Below are positions 33,734 through 50,144 of a stretch of 64,000 bases of DNA, one piece after another. The translations under genes and the position numbers were made by a program. This DNA is from Escherichia coli (GTDB taxonomy: Bacteria > Pseudomonadota > Gammaproteobacteria > Enterobacterales > Enterobacteriaceae), in the NCBI RefSeq assembly GCF_003334815.1, contig NZ_QOWO01000013.1. One strand, given 5' to 3'. Within the stretch, counting starts at the first letter, position 1. Every line of letters starts with the position of its first letter. Below the pieces are notes generated by a model. That model was not told the origin of the DNA, searched no databases, and saw only the letters and a list, made by a program, of their open reading frames with translations.

Positions 33734-35842
33734 TTAATTTCGGTTTCGGGTGACTTTAATCACGTCTGGCATCACGCGGATTTTGCGCATGATATTCGCC
33801 AGATGCACACGGTCACGAGCGGTCAGACGAATAAAGGCGCTGTAGACGCGACCATCTTTCTCTTCCGTATTCAAACTTTGAATATTCGAAGTCGTGGTGT
33901 TAATTGCCGCCGTCAGGTTTGCCAGCGCACCCTGATGATTGAACATCTCCACCTTGATTTCGGTGATGAACTCCTGCGCCGTCTCTTTATCCCATTCCAC
34001 AGCCATAAACTTCTCTGGCTCTTTCTGGTAGCCACGGATATTACGGCAGGATTCATGGTGGATCACCAGACCTTTACCGGGGCTGACGTGGGCGATAATC
34101 GGGTCGCCAGGAATAGGGCGGCAGCATTTCGCAAAGGTGATCAGCACGCCATCGGCACCTTTAATGGGCAGATGTCCGTGGCTTTGGGTTGCCGGTGGAA
34201 TGGAGGCGTCCCCATGTTGCAGATTTTTCGCGACCACCACGCTCATTGCGTTACCAAGTCCGATTTCTGCCAGCAGATCGTCAAGCGTTGCCAGCTTCAT
34301 GCGATCCAGCTCGCGCTGAATATTTTCCTGCGGGATTTCATTCAGCTTACGGCTACCACCCAAAGCATGGTTGAGCAGACGACGGCCCAGGCTTACAGAA
34401 TCATCACGCTTGAGGTTTTTCAGCAACTGACGAATTTTGGCGCGCGCTTTCGAGCTAACGACAAAGTTCAGCCAAGCGGCATTCGGGCGAGCGCCCGGAG
34501 CGGTAATGATTTCAACGGTTTGACCGCTGGTAAGCGGCTGCGACAGCGGGTAAGGCTGGCGGTCAACGCGTGCGCCCACGCAGGCATGACCGATATCGGT
34601 ATGCACTGCATAAGCGAAGTCGACGGGCGTTGCACCGGCAGGCAGCTCGACAATGCGCCCTTCCGGTGTGAAAACGTAAATCTCATCCGGGAAGAGATCG
34701 GATTTAACGCTCTCGATAAATTCAAACGAACTACCGGCGCTCTGTTGCAGCTCCAGCAGGCTTTGCATCCAGCGCTGGGCGCGGATTTGTGCGGTAGTAC
34801 TGGTTTCGCCGTGCTCTTTATAAGCCCAGTGCGCGGCAACACCCATCTCCGCCATCTGGTCCATATCTTCGGTACGGATCTGGACCTCAACCGGCACACC
34901 GTGCGGGCCGATCATCGAGGTGTGCAAAGACTGATAGCCGTTCGCTTTTGGAATGGCGATATAGTCTTTCACGCGGCCCGGACGCGGCTTGTACAGGCTG
35001 TGCATCTGGCCCAGCACGCGATAACAGGTGTCAGAATCATTGACGATCACGCGGAAAGCGTAGATGTCCATGATCGAGTGAAAACGCTGCTCTTTGAGCA
35101 CCATTTTGCAGTAAATCGAATAAAGATGCTTCTCGCGACCACTGACGCGGCACGGTATTCCCGCTTCCTGCAAACGCCCTTCGATTTCAGAAAGAATCTT
35201 CTGGATCATCTCTTTACGGTTGCCGCGCGCGGCTTTCACCACTTCTTTGATTACGCGATAACGGTTGGGATACAGCGCCTCAAAACCCAGCTCTTCGAGT
35301 TCGGTTTTAATGTGGTGGATACCTAAACGGTGCGCCAGCGGGCTATAAATTTCGAGAGTTTCACGGGCGATGCGGCGACGTTTGTCCGGGCGAAGTGAGC
35401 CCAGCGTGCGCATGTTGTGGGTACGGTCGGCAAGTTTGATGAGGATGACGCGGATATCCTGCACCATCGCCATAATCATCTTGCGAAAGTTTTCGGCCTG
35501 CGCCTCTTTCTTATCGCGGAACTTGAGTTTATCAAGTTTCGACACCCCCTCTACCAGCTCGGCGACGCTTTTACCAAAAAGCTGTTCCATATCCTGGTAG
35601 GTGGCGGGAGTATCTTCAATCACGTCATGCAGCAGCGCCGCCATCAGCGTTTCATAGTCGAGTTTCATCTCGGCCAGAATGCAGGCAACCGCTACCGGGT
35701 GCGTGATATAGGGTTCACCGCTTGAACGTGTTTGCCCCTCGTGAGCATCACGTGCAACGAGATACGCCTGCCGCAGACGCTTGATTTGGTCTTCCGGCAG
35801 GTAGGTTTGAATCAGTTGATTCAGGCTTTCAAACAGATACAA
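33734..35842 (-). CDS. spoT: Bifunctional (p)ppGpp synthetase/hydrolase SpoT
   Basis: 702 aa; start codon is TTG (reverse complement of caa at 35840..35842). Confidence 0.95.
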   Translation of the reverse strand: MYLFESLNQLIQTYLPEDQIKRLRQAYLVARDAHEGQTRSSGEPYITHPVAVACILAEMKLDYETLMAALLHDVIEDTPATYQDMEQLFGKSVAELVEGVSKLDKLKFRDKKEAQAENFRKMIMAMVQDIRVILIKLADRTHNMRTLGSLRPDKRRRIARETLEIYSPLAHRLGIHHIKTELEELGFEALYPNRYRVIKEVVKAARGNRKEMIQKILSEIEGRLQEAGIPCRVSGREKHLYSIYCKMVLKEQRFHSIMDIYAFRVIVNDSDTCYRVLGQMHSLYKPRPGRVKDYIAIPKANGYQSLHTSMIGPHGVPVEVQIRTEDMDQMAEMGVAAHWAYKEHGETSTTAQIRAQRWMQSLLELQQSAGSSFEFIESVKSDLFPDEIYVFTPEGRIVELPAGATPVDFAYAVHTDIGHACVGARVDRQPYPLSQPLTSGQTVEIITAPGARPNAAWLNFVVSSKARAKIRQLLKNLKRDDSVSLGRRLLNHALGGSRKLNEIPQENIQRELDRMKLATLDDLLAEIGLGNAMSVVVAKNLQHGDASIPPATQSHGHLPIKGADGVLITFAKCCRPIPGDPIIAHVSPGKGLVIHHESCRNIRGYQKEPEKFMAVEWDKETAQEFITEIKVEMFNHQGALANLTAAINTTTSNIQSLNTEEKDGRVYSAFIRLTARDRVHLANIMRKIRVMPDVIKVTRNRN

Positions 35843-35860
35843 GGGCGACCCGCTTTGTGA

Positions 35861-36136
35861 TTAACGACGACCTTCAGCAATAGCGGTAACGGCTTGTAAT
35901 TCAGCGGCTTCCTGCTCTTGCTGTTCCTGGCGTTCGCGAACGTCGAGGATCTGGTTGTTGATCAGACCTTCTTCGATTTCGCGCAGCGCGATTACAGTGG
36001 TTTTATCGTTTTCTTCCGGTACCAGCGGATCCTTTCCGCCTACCTGCATCTGACGAGCGCGACGCGCGGCGACCAGTACCAGGTCAAAACGGTTACCAAT
36101 TTTCTCTACAGCGTCCTGAACAGTTACGCGTGCCAT
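35861..36136 (-). CDS. rpoZ: RNA polymerase omega subunit
   Basis: 91 aa [21 protein letters not shown]... Confidence 0.95.
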
Positions 36137-36190
36137 ACTTAAAAAGCTCCACAGGTGAAGAAATGACTGGGCATGATACTGAAATCAGGT

Positions 36191-39368
<3,178 letters not shown>

Positions 39369-39658
39369 GGTTCTCTCCCTAAAAATCTGTCTGGCAGGGT
39401 AGCGATTTGTGCGCATTGTCACGATTGAGATTTTTTAAGGGGAGGGGAAATTGATAACTTGTAGTTATGTGAAATCGCTATTTTCTGTAGCAGAGATGCA
39501 TTCTTCTGACTTCTTGTCTGAGAAAATGCATAAGAAAAAATAGGTTAAAACTGAGGGGGGAAAAGAAAGGTGCAATATTTAGCCATTGTGTTCACTGCAC
39601 CTGGACCTTGGCTTACGCATCGGGTGTCTCAATCAACAAAAAGAGTTTTTAGTTTCTG

Positions 39659-40483
39659 CTATTTCTTCTCTGTAATTTTTACACTGTTTTCCAACTGCTT
39701 GATGCTGACCTGCGGGGTCGGCAACTCCTCAGGCATGGTTCCGCCAAGTTCCTGAATGGTTTGCCTCACCTTGCGACCCACGTCAAAGTGTGTGGTGTTT
39801 GCTTGCTGTTTTGAATTCACGCCATCCCGCTTGAGTTTTTCTTCTGTTTGGGTAGCTCGAAAGAGATTAGCCGCCAGTTCTGTTGAACCCATATGATCCA
39901 GGATCTTCTGATTCTTTTTCAGCCCCTTCCGCTGATGAATAGCTTTCTGATCTAATCCACCATACAGCCCCTGGTAACCATGATTCTGAAATATGGCGAA
40001 ATCAGTAGCTGTCGCTACCCCAGCTTGCTGTGCTGCCTCAACCAATTGTTTGTTATGTTCTTTCAACTCATTTCTCAGAAACAGACGCTTTTCGTCTTCA
40101 CGAAGTTGCTTAAATGCTTCATCGTCAGCAAGCTCCTGCCGTCGGGTCTGGATAGCAAAATAAGTCTGCCCTGCCGCAATGACCGGTTTCGCAGGGTCGC
40201 CGTTTTGTACTACCAGGTAACAGGCATAGCGGGAGAGTACGATGTCTTTTAATGCTCTTTTGGCATTTGAGCCAATTTTGACCATATCGAGGATCTCCTC
40301 GAAATGGTCATCAATTGTGTGACCACTGTTCTCACAGGCTTCTTTGGCGCGCGTTAATACAGGTATAAAGTGACGATACTCTGAATAACCCAGTAGTTTC
40401 CCAAGTTGTCTTGCTGACCATTGTTCTGCTCCGTTTGCATTAATCAGTTTTATCTCTTCAAAAGGTTGATGATGTTCGTTCAT
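39659..40483 (-). CDS. dinD: DNA-damage-inducible protein D
   Basis: 274 aa from MNEHHQPF...; LexA box in its promoter. Confidence 0.85.
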   Translation of the reverse strand: MNEHHQPFEEIKLINANGAEQWSARQLGKLLGYSEYRHFIPVLTRAKEACENSGHTIDDHFEEILDMVKIGSNAKRALKDIVLSRYACYLVVQNGDPAKPVIAAGQTYFAIQTRRQELADDEAFKQLREDEKRLFLRNELKEHNKQLVEAAQQAGVATATDFAIFQNHGYQGLYGGLDQKAIHQRKGLKKNQKILDHMGSTELAANLFRATQTEEKLKRDGVNSKQQANTTHFDVGRKVRQTIQELGGTMPEELPTPQVSIKQLENSVKITEKK

Positions 40484-40526
40484 TGCCCACTCCATGTGAT
40501 ATCAATTGCAAAGAAAGTAAATCTGT

Positions 40527-40546
40527 AACTGTATTTATATACAGTT
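40527..40546. promoter_or_regulatory. LexA box upstream of dinD
   Basis: aaCTGTatttatatACAGtt fits CTGT-N8-ACAG; about 45 nt upstream of the dinD start. Confidence 0.75.
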
Positions 40547-40703
40547 GTGAGTATCTCACGTTCTCAGTGTGCTGGGCAAAAAAACATCGCAAAATCTGGA
40601 GCAGGCACGCAAAACAGAATTGAATGTTGCGGGGAAGAAAAATGCCGCTCTGTTTGAGTGGCGGCATTTGTGAAGGCGGAAAAGTAAGAATTGGCGTTAC
40701 GAG

Positions 40704-41567
40704 TTATTCGATGTTCTGAATCTGCTCGCGCATCTGCTCAATCAACACTTTCAGCTCGATGGCGGAGTTTGTCACTTCGGCATTGATAGACTTCGACGCA
40801 AGAGTGTTCGACTCGCGGTTGAACTCCTGCATCATAAAATCCAGACGACGACCAACCGCTTCTTTTTTCTTCAGAATGTTGTAGGTCTCTTTGACATGCG
40901 CTTCGAGGCGATCCAGTTCTTCGGCAACGTCAATTCGTTGTGCCAGCAGAACCAGTTCCTGCTCCAGACGGTTGTTTTCCAGTTGCACCTGAGCATCTTC
41001 CAGCTTCGCGACCAGACGCTCACGCTGCCATTGCAGGATTTCCGGCATATGGGAGCGGACTTTGACCACTTCGGCGGTGACGCCTTCCAGACGCTGCTCG
41101 ATCAATGCTTTCAGTGCCTGACCTTCGGTTTCGCGCGCGACAATAAAGTCGTCCAGCGTACCATCCAGCGCCGCGAGAATTTCAGCGGCAATGGCGTCAA
41201 GATCCTGCTCCTGGGCTGCCATCACGCCCGGCCAGCGTAGAATATCAACCGGGTTGATTTCCCCTTCGTCACTCTGCATTTTTACCCAGTTCGCGGCAGT
41301 TACCAGCTGTTTAGCCAGTTTTTCGTTGAGGATCAGCTCACCTTGCGCGCTAACATCTGGCTCATAGCGCAGGGTACATTCCACTTTACCGCGCGTCAGG
41401 CGAGAACGAATACGCTCGCGAACGACAGGTTCAAGGCTACGGAACTGCTCCGGCAGACGAAAGTAAGTTTCCAGATAACGCTGGTTTACCGAGCGCATTT
41501 CCCAGGTTGCGCTCCCCCATTCACCCTTGATTTCACGCCGGGCGTAGGCGGTCATACTGCGGATCAT
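40704..41567 (-). CDS. yicC: YicC-family stress-induced protein
   Basis: 287 aa. Confidence 0.9.
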   Translation of the reverse strand: MIRSMTAYARREIKGEWGSATWEMRSVNQRYLETYFRLPEQFRSLEPVVRERIRSRLTRGKVECTLRYEPDVSAQGELILNEKLAKQLVTAANWVKMQSDEGEINPVDILRWPGVMAAQEQDLDAIAAEILAALDGTLDDFIVARETEGQALKALIEQRLEGVTAEVVKVRSHMPEILQWQRERLVAKLEDAQVQLENNRLEQELVLLAQRIDVAEELDRLEAHVKETYNILKKKEAVGRRLDFMMQEFNRESNTLASKSINAEVTNSAIELKVLIEQMREQIQNIE

Positions 41568-41693
41568 AGACGTTCCTGTTTATAAAAGGAGAGGTGGAAG
41601 GATTATAGCCATCGATGCCTTGTCAGGATAGGAATAACCGCCGGAAGTCCGTATAATGCGCAGCCACATTTGTTTCAAGCCGGAGATTTCAAT

Positions 41694-42410
41694 ATGCGTC
41701 CAGCAGGCCGTAGCAATAATCAGGTGCGTCCCGTTACCCTGACTCGTAACTATACAAAACATGCAGAAGGCTCGGTGCTGGTCGAATTTGGCGATACCAA
41801 AGTGTTGTGTACCGCCTCTATTGAAGAAGGCGTGCCGCGCTTCCTGAAAGGTCAGGGCCAGGGCTGGATCACCGCAGAGTACGGCATGCTGCCACGTTCT
41901 ACCCACACCCGTAACGCTCGTGAAGCGGCGAAAGGTAAGCAGGGTGGACGCACAATGGAAATCCAGCGTCTGATCGCCCGTGCTCTTCGCGCGGCAGTAG
42001 ATTTGAAAGCGCTGGGTGAGTTCACCATTACGCTGGACTGCGACGTGCTTCAGGCTGATGGTGGCACGCGTACCGCGTCGATTACGGGTGCCTGCGTGGC
42101 GCTGGTAGATGCGCTACAGAAGCTGGTGGAAAACGGCAAGCTGAAAACCAATCCGATGAAAGGGATGGTAGCCGCAGTTTCTGTCGGAATTGTGAACGGC
42201 GAAGCGGTTTGCGATCTGGAATACGTTGAAGACTCTGCCGCAGAGACCGACATGAACGTAGTGATGACCGAAGACGGGCGCATCATTGAAGTGCAGGGGA
42301 CGGCAGAAGGCGAGCCGTTCACCCATGAAGAGCTACTCACCTTGTTGGCTCTGGCCCGAGGGGGAATCGAATCCATTGTAGCGACGCAGAAGGCGGCGCT
42401 GGCAAACTGA
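41694..42410 (+). CDS. rph: Ribonuclease PH, apparently full length
   Basis: 238 aa from [10 protein letters not shown]... to ...[18 protein letters not shown]; 5-G run at 42360..42364 keeps the frame open. Confidence 0.9.
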   Translation: MRPAGRSNNQVRPVTLTRNYTKHAEGSVLVEFGDTKVLCTASIEEGVPRFLKGQGQGWITAEYGMLPRSTHTRNAREAAKGKQGGRTMEIQRLIARALRAAVDLKALGEFTITLDCDVLQADGGTRTASITGACVALVDALQKLVENGKLKTNPMKGMVAAVSVGIVNGEAVCDLEYVEDSAAETDMNVVMTEDGRIIEVQGTAEGEPFTHEELLTLLALARGGIESIVATQKAALAN

Positions 42411-42415
42411 TTTTT

Positions 42416-42443
42416 AAGGCGACTGATGAGTCGCCTTTTTTTT
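42416..42443 (+). terminator. pyrE attenuator (rho-independent terminator)
   Basis: ggcgact-gatg-agtcgcc followed by 8 T, starting about 8 nt after the rph stop. Confidence 0.8.
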
Positions 42444-42475
42444 GTCTGTAGAAAAGTAAGATGAGGAGCGAAGGC

Positions 42476-43117
42476 ATGAAACCATATCAGCGCCAGTTTA
42501 TTGAATTTGCGCTTAGCAAGCAGGTGTTAAAGTTTGGCGAGTTTACGCTGAAATCCGGGCGCAAAAGCCCCTATTTCTTCAACGCCGGGCTGTTTAATAC
42601 CGGGCGCGATCTGGCACTGTTAGGCCGTTTTTACGCTGAAGCGTTGGTGGATTCCGGCATTGAGTTCGATCTGCTGTTTGGCCCTGCTTACAAAGGGATC
42701 CCGATTGCCACCACAACCGCTGTGGCACTGGCGGAGCATCACGACCTGGACCTGCCGTACTGCTTTAACCGCAAAGAAGCAAAAGACCACGGTGAAGGCG
42801 GCAATCTGGTTGGTAGCGCGTTACAAGGACGCGTAATGCTGGTAGATGATGTGATCACCGCCGGAACGGCGATTCGCGAGTCGATGGAGATTATTCAGGC
42901 CAATGGCGCGACGCTTGCTGGCGTGTTGATTTCGCTCGATCGTCAGGAACGCGGGCGCGGCGAGATTTCGGCGATTCAGGAAGTTGAGCGTGATTACAAC
43001 TGCAAAGTGATCTCTATCATCACCCTGAAAGACCTGATTGCTTACCTGGAAGAGAAGCCGGAAATGGCGGAACATCTGGCGGCGGTTAAGGCCTATCGCG
43101 AAGAGTTTGGCGTTTAA
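42476..43117 (+). CDS. pyrE: Orotate phosphoribosyltransferase
   Basis: 213 aa from [11 protein letters not shown]... Confidence 0.95.
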
Positions 43118-43124
43118 AGAAACT

Positions 43125-43148
43125 CGCCGGATGAAAAGTCATCCGGCG
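43125..43148. terminator. Hairpin between convergent pyrE and slmA
   Basis: cgccggatga-aaag-tcatccggcg perfect 10-bp stems. Confidence 0.5.
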
Positions 43149-43153
43149 TCATA

Positions 43154-43750
43154 TTACTGCAACTGTGCCGCAATTAGCGGCCAGCGGGCGTCAAAATCAT
43201 CCGTCGGGCGGTATTTAAATTCGCTGCGGACAAAACGTGACAGCATACCTTCACAGAAGGCCAGGATCTGGCTTGCCAGCAGGGTTTCATCGGTGGTGTA
43301 ACCTTCACCCTCACGCATTCTCTTTTCACGCAATACCTGGCGCAGCTGCGCTTCAATACGCTCGAACAGCTGGTTGATGCGCCCTTGCAGGCGATCCTGT
43401 TCAAACATTAGCGCATGACCAGTGAGGATGCGGGTCAGGCCAGGATTACGCTCACCAAAACCGAGAAGCAGCAACACAATCAGACGCAGGCGCGCTGTGG
43501 TGTCTTTCTCATCTTTCAGAATCAGGTTGATGCGAGTAATCAGGCTATCTTCGATAAACTCAATCAGGCTATCGAACATGCGGGTCTTACTGGGGAAGTG
43601 GCGATACAGTGCCGCTTCGGAAACGCCGACAGAGGCGGCCAGTTTTGCCGTCGTGATACGTTGGCTTCCATCGCTGGATTCCAGCATCAGCGCCAGAGAC
43701 TGAAGTATTTCCTCGCGACGGTTCCTTTTCGCAGTTTGTTTTTCTGCCAT
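43154..43750 (-). CDS. slmA: Nucleoid occlusion factor SlmA (TetR family)
   Basis: 198 aa from [16 protein letters not shown]... Confidence 0.9.
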
Positions 43751-43856
43751 GTTACAAAATACCCCTGAAAATAAGCACTTGCCAGGCGGCACCCACGCTA
43801 TGACCGCAAACGAAATGTTTGCGGCTATGTTATGACGTTATTCGGATGCGTATGTG

Positions 43857-44315
43857 CTACTGACGACCAGAGTGACCAAAGCCGCCTTCACCGCGGTCGG
43901 TGGCGTCGAAATCTTCCACCAGATTAAATTCAGCCTGTACTACCGGAACAAAAATCATCTGGGCGATGCGTTCGCCAGGTTGAATGGTGAAGCTGTCCTG
44001 ACCACGGTTCCACACGGAAATCATCAACTGGCCCTGATAGTCAGAATCGATCAATCCTACCAGGTTACCAAGCACGATACCGTGCTTATGTCCCAATCCG
44101 GAGCGCGGCAGCATCATTGCCGCCAGTGAAGGATCGGCAATATGAATCGCCAGCCCGGTCGGAACCAGCGTAGTGTCACCCGGAGCCAGTTCTACGGCGT
44201 CGTTGAGACAGGCACGCAGGTCAAGTCCGGCAGAGCCAGAGGTGGCATAAGTCGGGAGCGGAAATTCCTTCCCAACGCGCGGGTCCAGAATCTTAACGTC
44301 GATTTTTTTCATCAT
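43857..44315 (-). CDS. dut: dUTP diphosphatase
   Basis: 152 aa (MMKKIDVK...); a second Met gives 151 aa. Confidence 0.95.
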
Positions 44316-45513
44316 AACGGGTCACGATCTCGTCGAGTAATAATTGGCCAAGGAGCTCTTTGCGCTCAAGCGGTAAGACTTTATCTCCGTCCTGCCAGAA
44401 AAGGTGTAATGCGTTGTTGTCGCTGTTAAATCCTTGAGTTGGCTGGGAAACATCGTTCGCGCAGATCAGATCAAGGTTTTTACGGATACGTTTTTGCCGG
44501 GCGTATTCTTCCACATTATTTGTTTCGGCGGCAAATCCAACGACGTAGGGTCGATGGTCTTTTAGTGCGGCAACGCCTGCGACGATATCGGGGTTTTTAA
44601 CCATTTTTATTGTTAATTCATCACCCTGCGTGGCCTGCTTTTTGATTTTCTCTGGGGCCACGGTAGCTGCGCGATAATCCGCCACGGCGGCGCAGCCGAT
44701 AAAAATATTTTGCTGCTGTACAGAAGCATTCACGGCGGCTTCCATTTCCAGCGCGGTCATCACATCAACACGTTTAACAAACGGTGGCGTCGGTAGTGAA
44801 ACCGGACCTGATACCAGCGTGACGTTCGCGCCACGACGGGCAGCGGCGGCGGCGATAGCAAAACCCATCTTGCCGGAGCTGTGATTAGAGATATAACGCA
44901 CCGGATCGAGCGGTTCACGCGTCGGGCCGGCGGTAATCATAATGTTCAGATGTTTCAGGTCGTTGACGGGCGAAAAATGCGCTACCGCCATATCCACAAT
45001 GGTTAACGGATCGAGCATTCGCCCAGGACCGATATCACCACAAGCCTGACTGCCACTGTCTGGCCCCCAGATGAGCAAACCACGGGAAGCAAGCACCTCT
45101 AAATTATGCTGCGTGGCAGCGGCACGGTACATCTGCTGGTTCATGGCGGGGAGCACGGCTACAGGCGCAGGTGTAGCCAGACAAATCGTCGATACCAGGT
45201 CATTCGCCATTCCGGCAGCAACACGGGCAATCAAATCTGCCGTGGCAGGGGCGAGAATCACTAAATCAGCCCATTTACCCAGCTCAATATGGCCCATAGC
45301 GGCTTCGGCTGCCGGGTCCAGCAGACTGTCGGAAACGGGATAACCAGAAACCGCCTGCAAGCTAAGTGGGGTGATAAAGGCTTTTGCCGCTTCGGTCATG
45401 GCTACGCGGACGTCGGCCCCGCGATCGCGCAAACGACGCACCAGTTCAGGGGTTTTATAGGCAGCAATACCGCCGCTAACGCCGAGAACGATTTTTTTAC
45501 CGGCCAGGCTCAT
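44293..45513 (-). CDS. coaBC: Bifunctional phosphopantothenoylcysteine decarboxylase / synthetase
   Basis: 406 aa from [20 protein letters not shown]...; 3' end overlaps the dut start. Confidence 0.95.
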
Positions 45514-45684
45514 GATGATTTTTCCTGTAGGGTGACACCAGAAGTTGGCGATTTTATCACAATACTTTTGTTGTCGTGCCTTCACCTGAGATTCACTTTG
45601 CGAGGCGCTTTCCAGGATTGAAAACTGGCCGTCGATTTAACGAAACGGCTATGACAGGATGCGAGCACCACAAAGGAGGTGAAG

Positions 45685-46353
45685 GTGAAAAACAATTCAC
45701 AGCTGTTGATGTCGCGCGAAAAAATGCTGAAGTTTGGTATTAGCGCCTTAACGGATGTCGAGCTGCTGGCGCTATTTCTGCGTACCGGAACGCGCGGTAA
45801 AGATGTATTAACCCTGGCAAAAGAGATGCTGGAGAATTTCGGCTCTCTTTATGGCTTGTTAACCTCTGAATATGAACAATTTAGTGGCGTTCATGGAATT
45901 GGCGTGGCGAAATTTGCCCAGTTAAAGGGGATTGCTGAACTGGCGCGGCGTTACTACAACGTGCGGATGCGTGAAGAAAGCCCTTTACTCAGCCCGGAGA
46001 TGACGAGGGAATTTTTACAAAGCCAGCTCACGGGTGAGGAGCGGGAGATCTTTATGGTGATCTTTCTCGACTCCCAACACCGGGTTATAACGCATAGGCG
46101 TCTTTTTTCCGGCACGCTAAACCATGTTGAAGTCCATCCTCGGGAAATTATCCGCGAAGCGATAAAAATAAACGCCTCGGCGCTGATCCTTGCACATAAT
46201 CACCCTTCGGGTTGTGCTGAACCCAGTAAAGCGGATAAACTCATTACTGAACGGATAATAAAGAGTTGTCAGTTCATGGATTTACGCGTGCTCGACCATA
46301 TCGTGATTGGGCGTGGAGAGTATGTTTCTTTTGCCGAACGCGGCTGGATTTAA
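45685..46353 (+). CDS. yicR: RadC-like JAB-domain protein (UPF0758)
   Basis: AAGGAGG Shine-Dalgarno then GTG at 45685; in-frame GTG also at 45679; HNHPSG JAMM-like motif. Confidence 0.85.
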   Translation: MKNNSQLLMSREKMLKFGISALTDVELLALFLRTGTRGKDVLTLAKEMLENFGSLYGLLTSEYEQFSGVHGIGVAKFAQLKGIAELARRYYNVRMREESPLLSPEMTREFLQSQLTGEEREIFMVIFLDSQHRVITHRRLFSGTLNHVEVHPREIIREAIKINASALILAHNHPSGCAEPSKADKLITERIIKSCQFMDLRVLDHIVIGRGEYVSFAERGWI

Positions 46354-46548
46354 CCCGCTATGCGCGATCCTTCGGGATCTTTGTCTGTTCGGGACTTGAG
46401 CACATCGCTGAGTCAGCGTATACTACGCCACCTTTGAGAATCTCGGGTTTGGCATTTGGGCCTGGCAATCGAGAGTTCACATAGAACTGCGATGACCGGG
46501 CTGTAAAGCCTGACGAGGCGCCAATACCCCATACGAAGCTCGAGCTAA

Positions 46549-46806
<258 letters not shown>

Positions 46807-46823
46807 GTACTTAGAGGAAATAA

Positions 46824-46994
<171 letters not shown>

Positions 46995-47015
46995 TTCTCG
47001 CTTTGATGTAACAAA

Positions 47016-47049
47016 AAACCTCGCTCCGGCGGGGTTTTTTGTTATCTGC
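47016..47049 (+). terminator. rpmBG terminator
   Basis: ccucgc-uccg-gcgggg stem with one G-U pair, followed by a 6-U run; 34-nt identical to 5095..5128. Confidence 0.7.
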
Positions 47050-47091
47050 TTGCCCCCATATTGACTGCATCTGTTCATTCCTGGAGATGCT

Positions 47092-47901
47092 ATGCCTGAA
47101 TTACCCGAAGTTGAAACCAGCCGCCGCGGCATAGAACCGCATCTCGTTGGTGCAACCATTCTTCATGCAGTGGTGCGCAACGGACGCTTGCGCTGGCCGG
47201 TTTCAGAAGAGATCTACCGTTTAAGCGACCAACCAGTGCTTAGCGTGCAGCGGCGGGCTAAATATCTGCTGCTGGAGCTGCCTGAGGGCTGGATTATCAT
47301 TCATTTAGGGATGTCTGGCAGCCTGCGCATCCTTCCAGAAGAACTTCCCCCTGAAAAGCATGACCATGTGGATTTGGTGATGAGCAACGGCAAAGTGCTG
47401 CGCTACACCGATCCGCGCCGCTTTGGTGCCTGGCTGTGGACCAAAGAGCTGGAAGGGCATAATGTGCTGACCCATCTTGGACCGGAGCCGCTTAGCGACG
47501 ATTTCAATGGTGAGTATCTGCATCAGAAGTGCGCGAAGAAAAAAACGGCGATTAAACCGTGGCTGATGGATAACAAGCTGGTGGTAGGGGTAGGGAATAT
47601 CTATGCCAGCGAATCACTGTTTGCGGCGGGGATCCATCCGGATCGGCTGGCGTCATCACTGTCGCTGGCAGAGTGTGAATTGTTAGCTCGGGTGATTAAA
47701 GCGGTGTTGCTGCGTTCGATTGAGCAGGGTGGTACAACGCTGAAAGATTTTCTGCAAAGTGATGGTAAACCGGGCTATTTCGCTCAGGAATTGCAGGTTT
47801 ACGGGCGAAAAGGTGAGCCGTGTCGGGTGTGCGGTACGCCGATTGTGGCGACTAAACATGCGCAGCGGGCAACGTTTTATTGTCGGCAGTGCCAGAAGTA
47901 A
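47092..47901 (+). CDS. mutM: Formamidopyrimidine-DNA glycosylase
   Basis: 269 aa; N-terminal PELPEVE; C-terminal zinc finger CxxC...CxxC. Confidence 0.95.
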
Positions 47902-47910
47902 TTCATGCGC

Positions 47911-47932
47911 GCCGGATGGCATACCATCCGGC
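47911..47932. terminator. Hairpin between convergent mutM and coaD
   Basis: gccggatgg-cata-ccatccggc perfect 9-bp stems. Confidence 0.4.
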
Positions 47933-47939
47933 ATAAACG

Positions 47940-49704
<1,765 letters not shown>

Positions 49705-50022
49705 AGTAAATAGCTGACTTATGGATGTGCTGGGGATTCTATGTATTTAGCTGTGGCTTTACCATTACTTTTCCCGTTTTTGACTTAAATAGCTTCAGTT
49801 TGGTCTGATCTGCCGCTACATCTTCTTTTTTTTGTATTTTTATGCGATTCATTGAAACTCGGCCCCATTTTCAAATCTACATAGGCCGTACTGACATTAT
49901 CGAAATGCTATTTTTTATCTATTTGATTTTTATGATTAAAGTATATTTTGTGTATAAAAATCATTCGGGTCGGATTGCTGCGAAAGAAATGATACACTAG
50001 CACGTCAAAGTAAGTGCGTTAT

Positions 50023-50061
50023 CAGTATTCAGGTAGCTGTTGAGCCTGGGGCGGTAGCGTG
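50023..50061 (+). promoter_or_regulatory. JUMPStart element containing the ops site (RfaH loading)
   Basis: Exact GGCGGTAGCGTG at 50050..50061 in the waaQ leader. Confidence 0.8.
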
Positions 50062-50144
50062 CTTTATTCTGCTTAACTTAACCAGACAATCACACAAAAG
50101 AGTCGCTAGTGGAAAAGCCATTTCGAAAAATCCTGGTCATAAAG

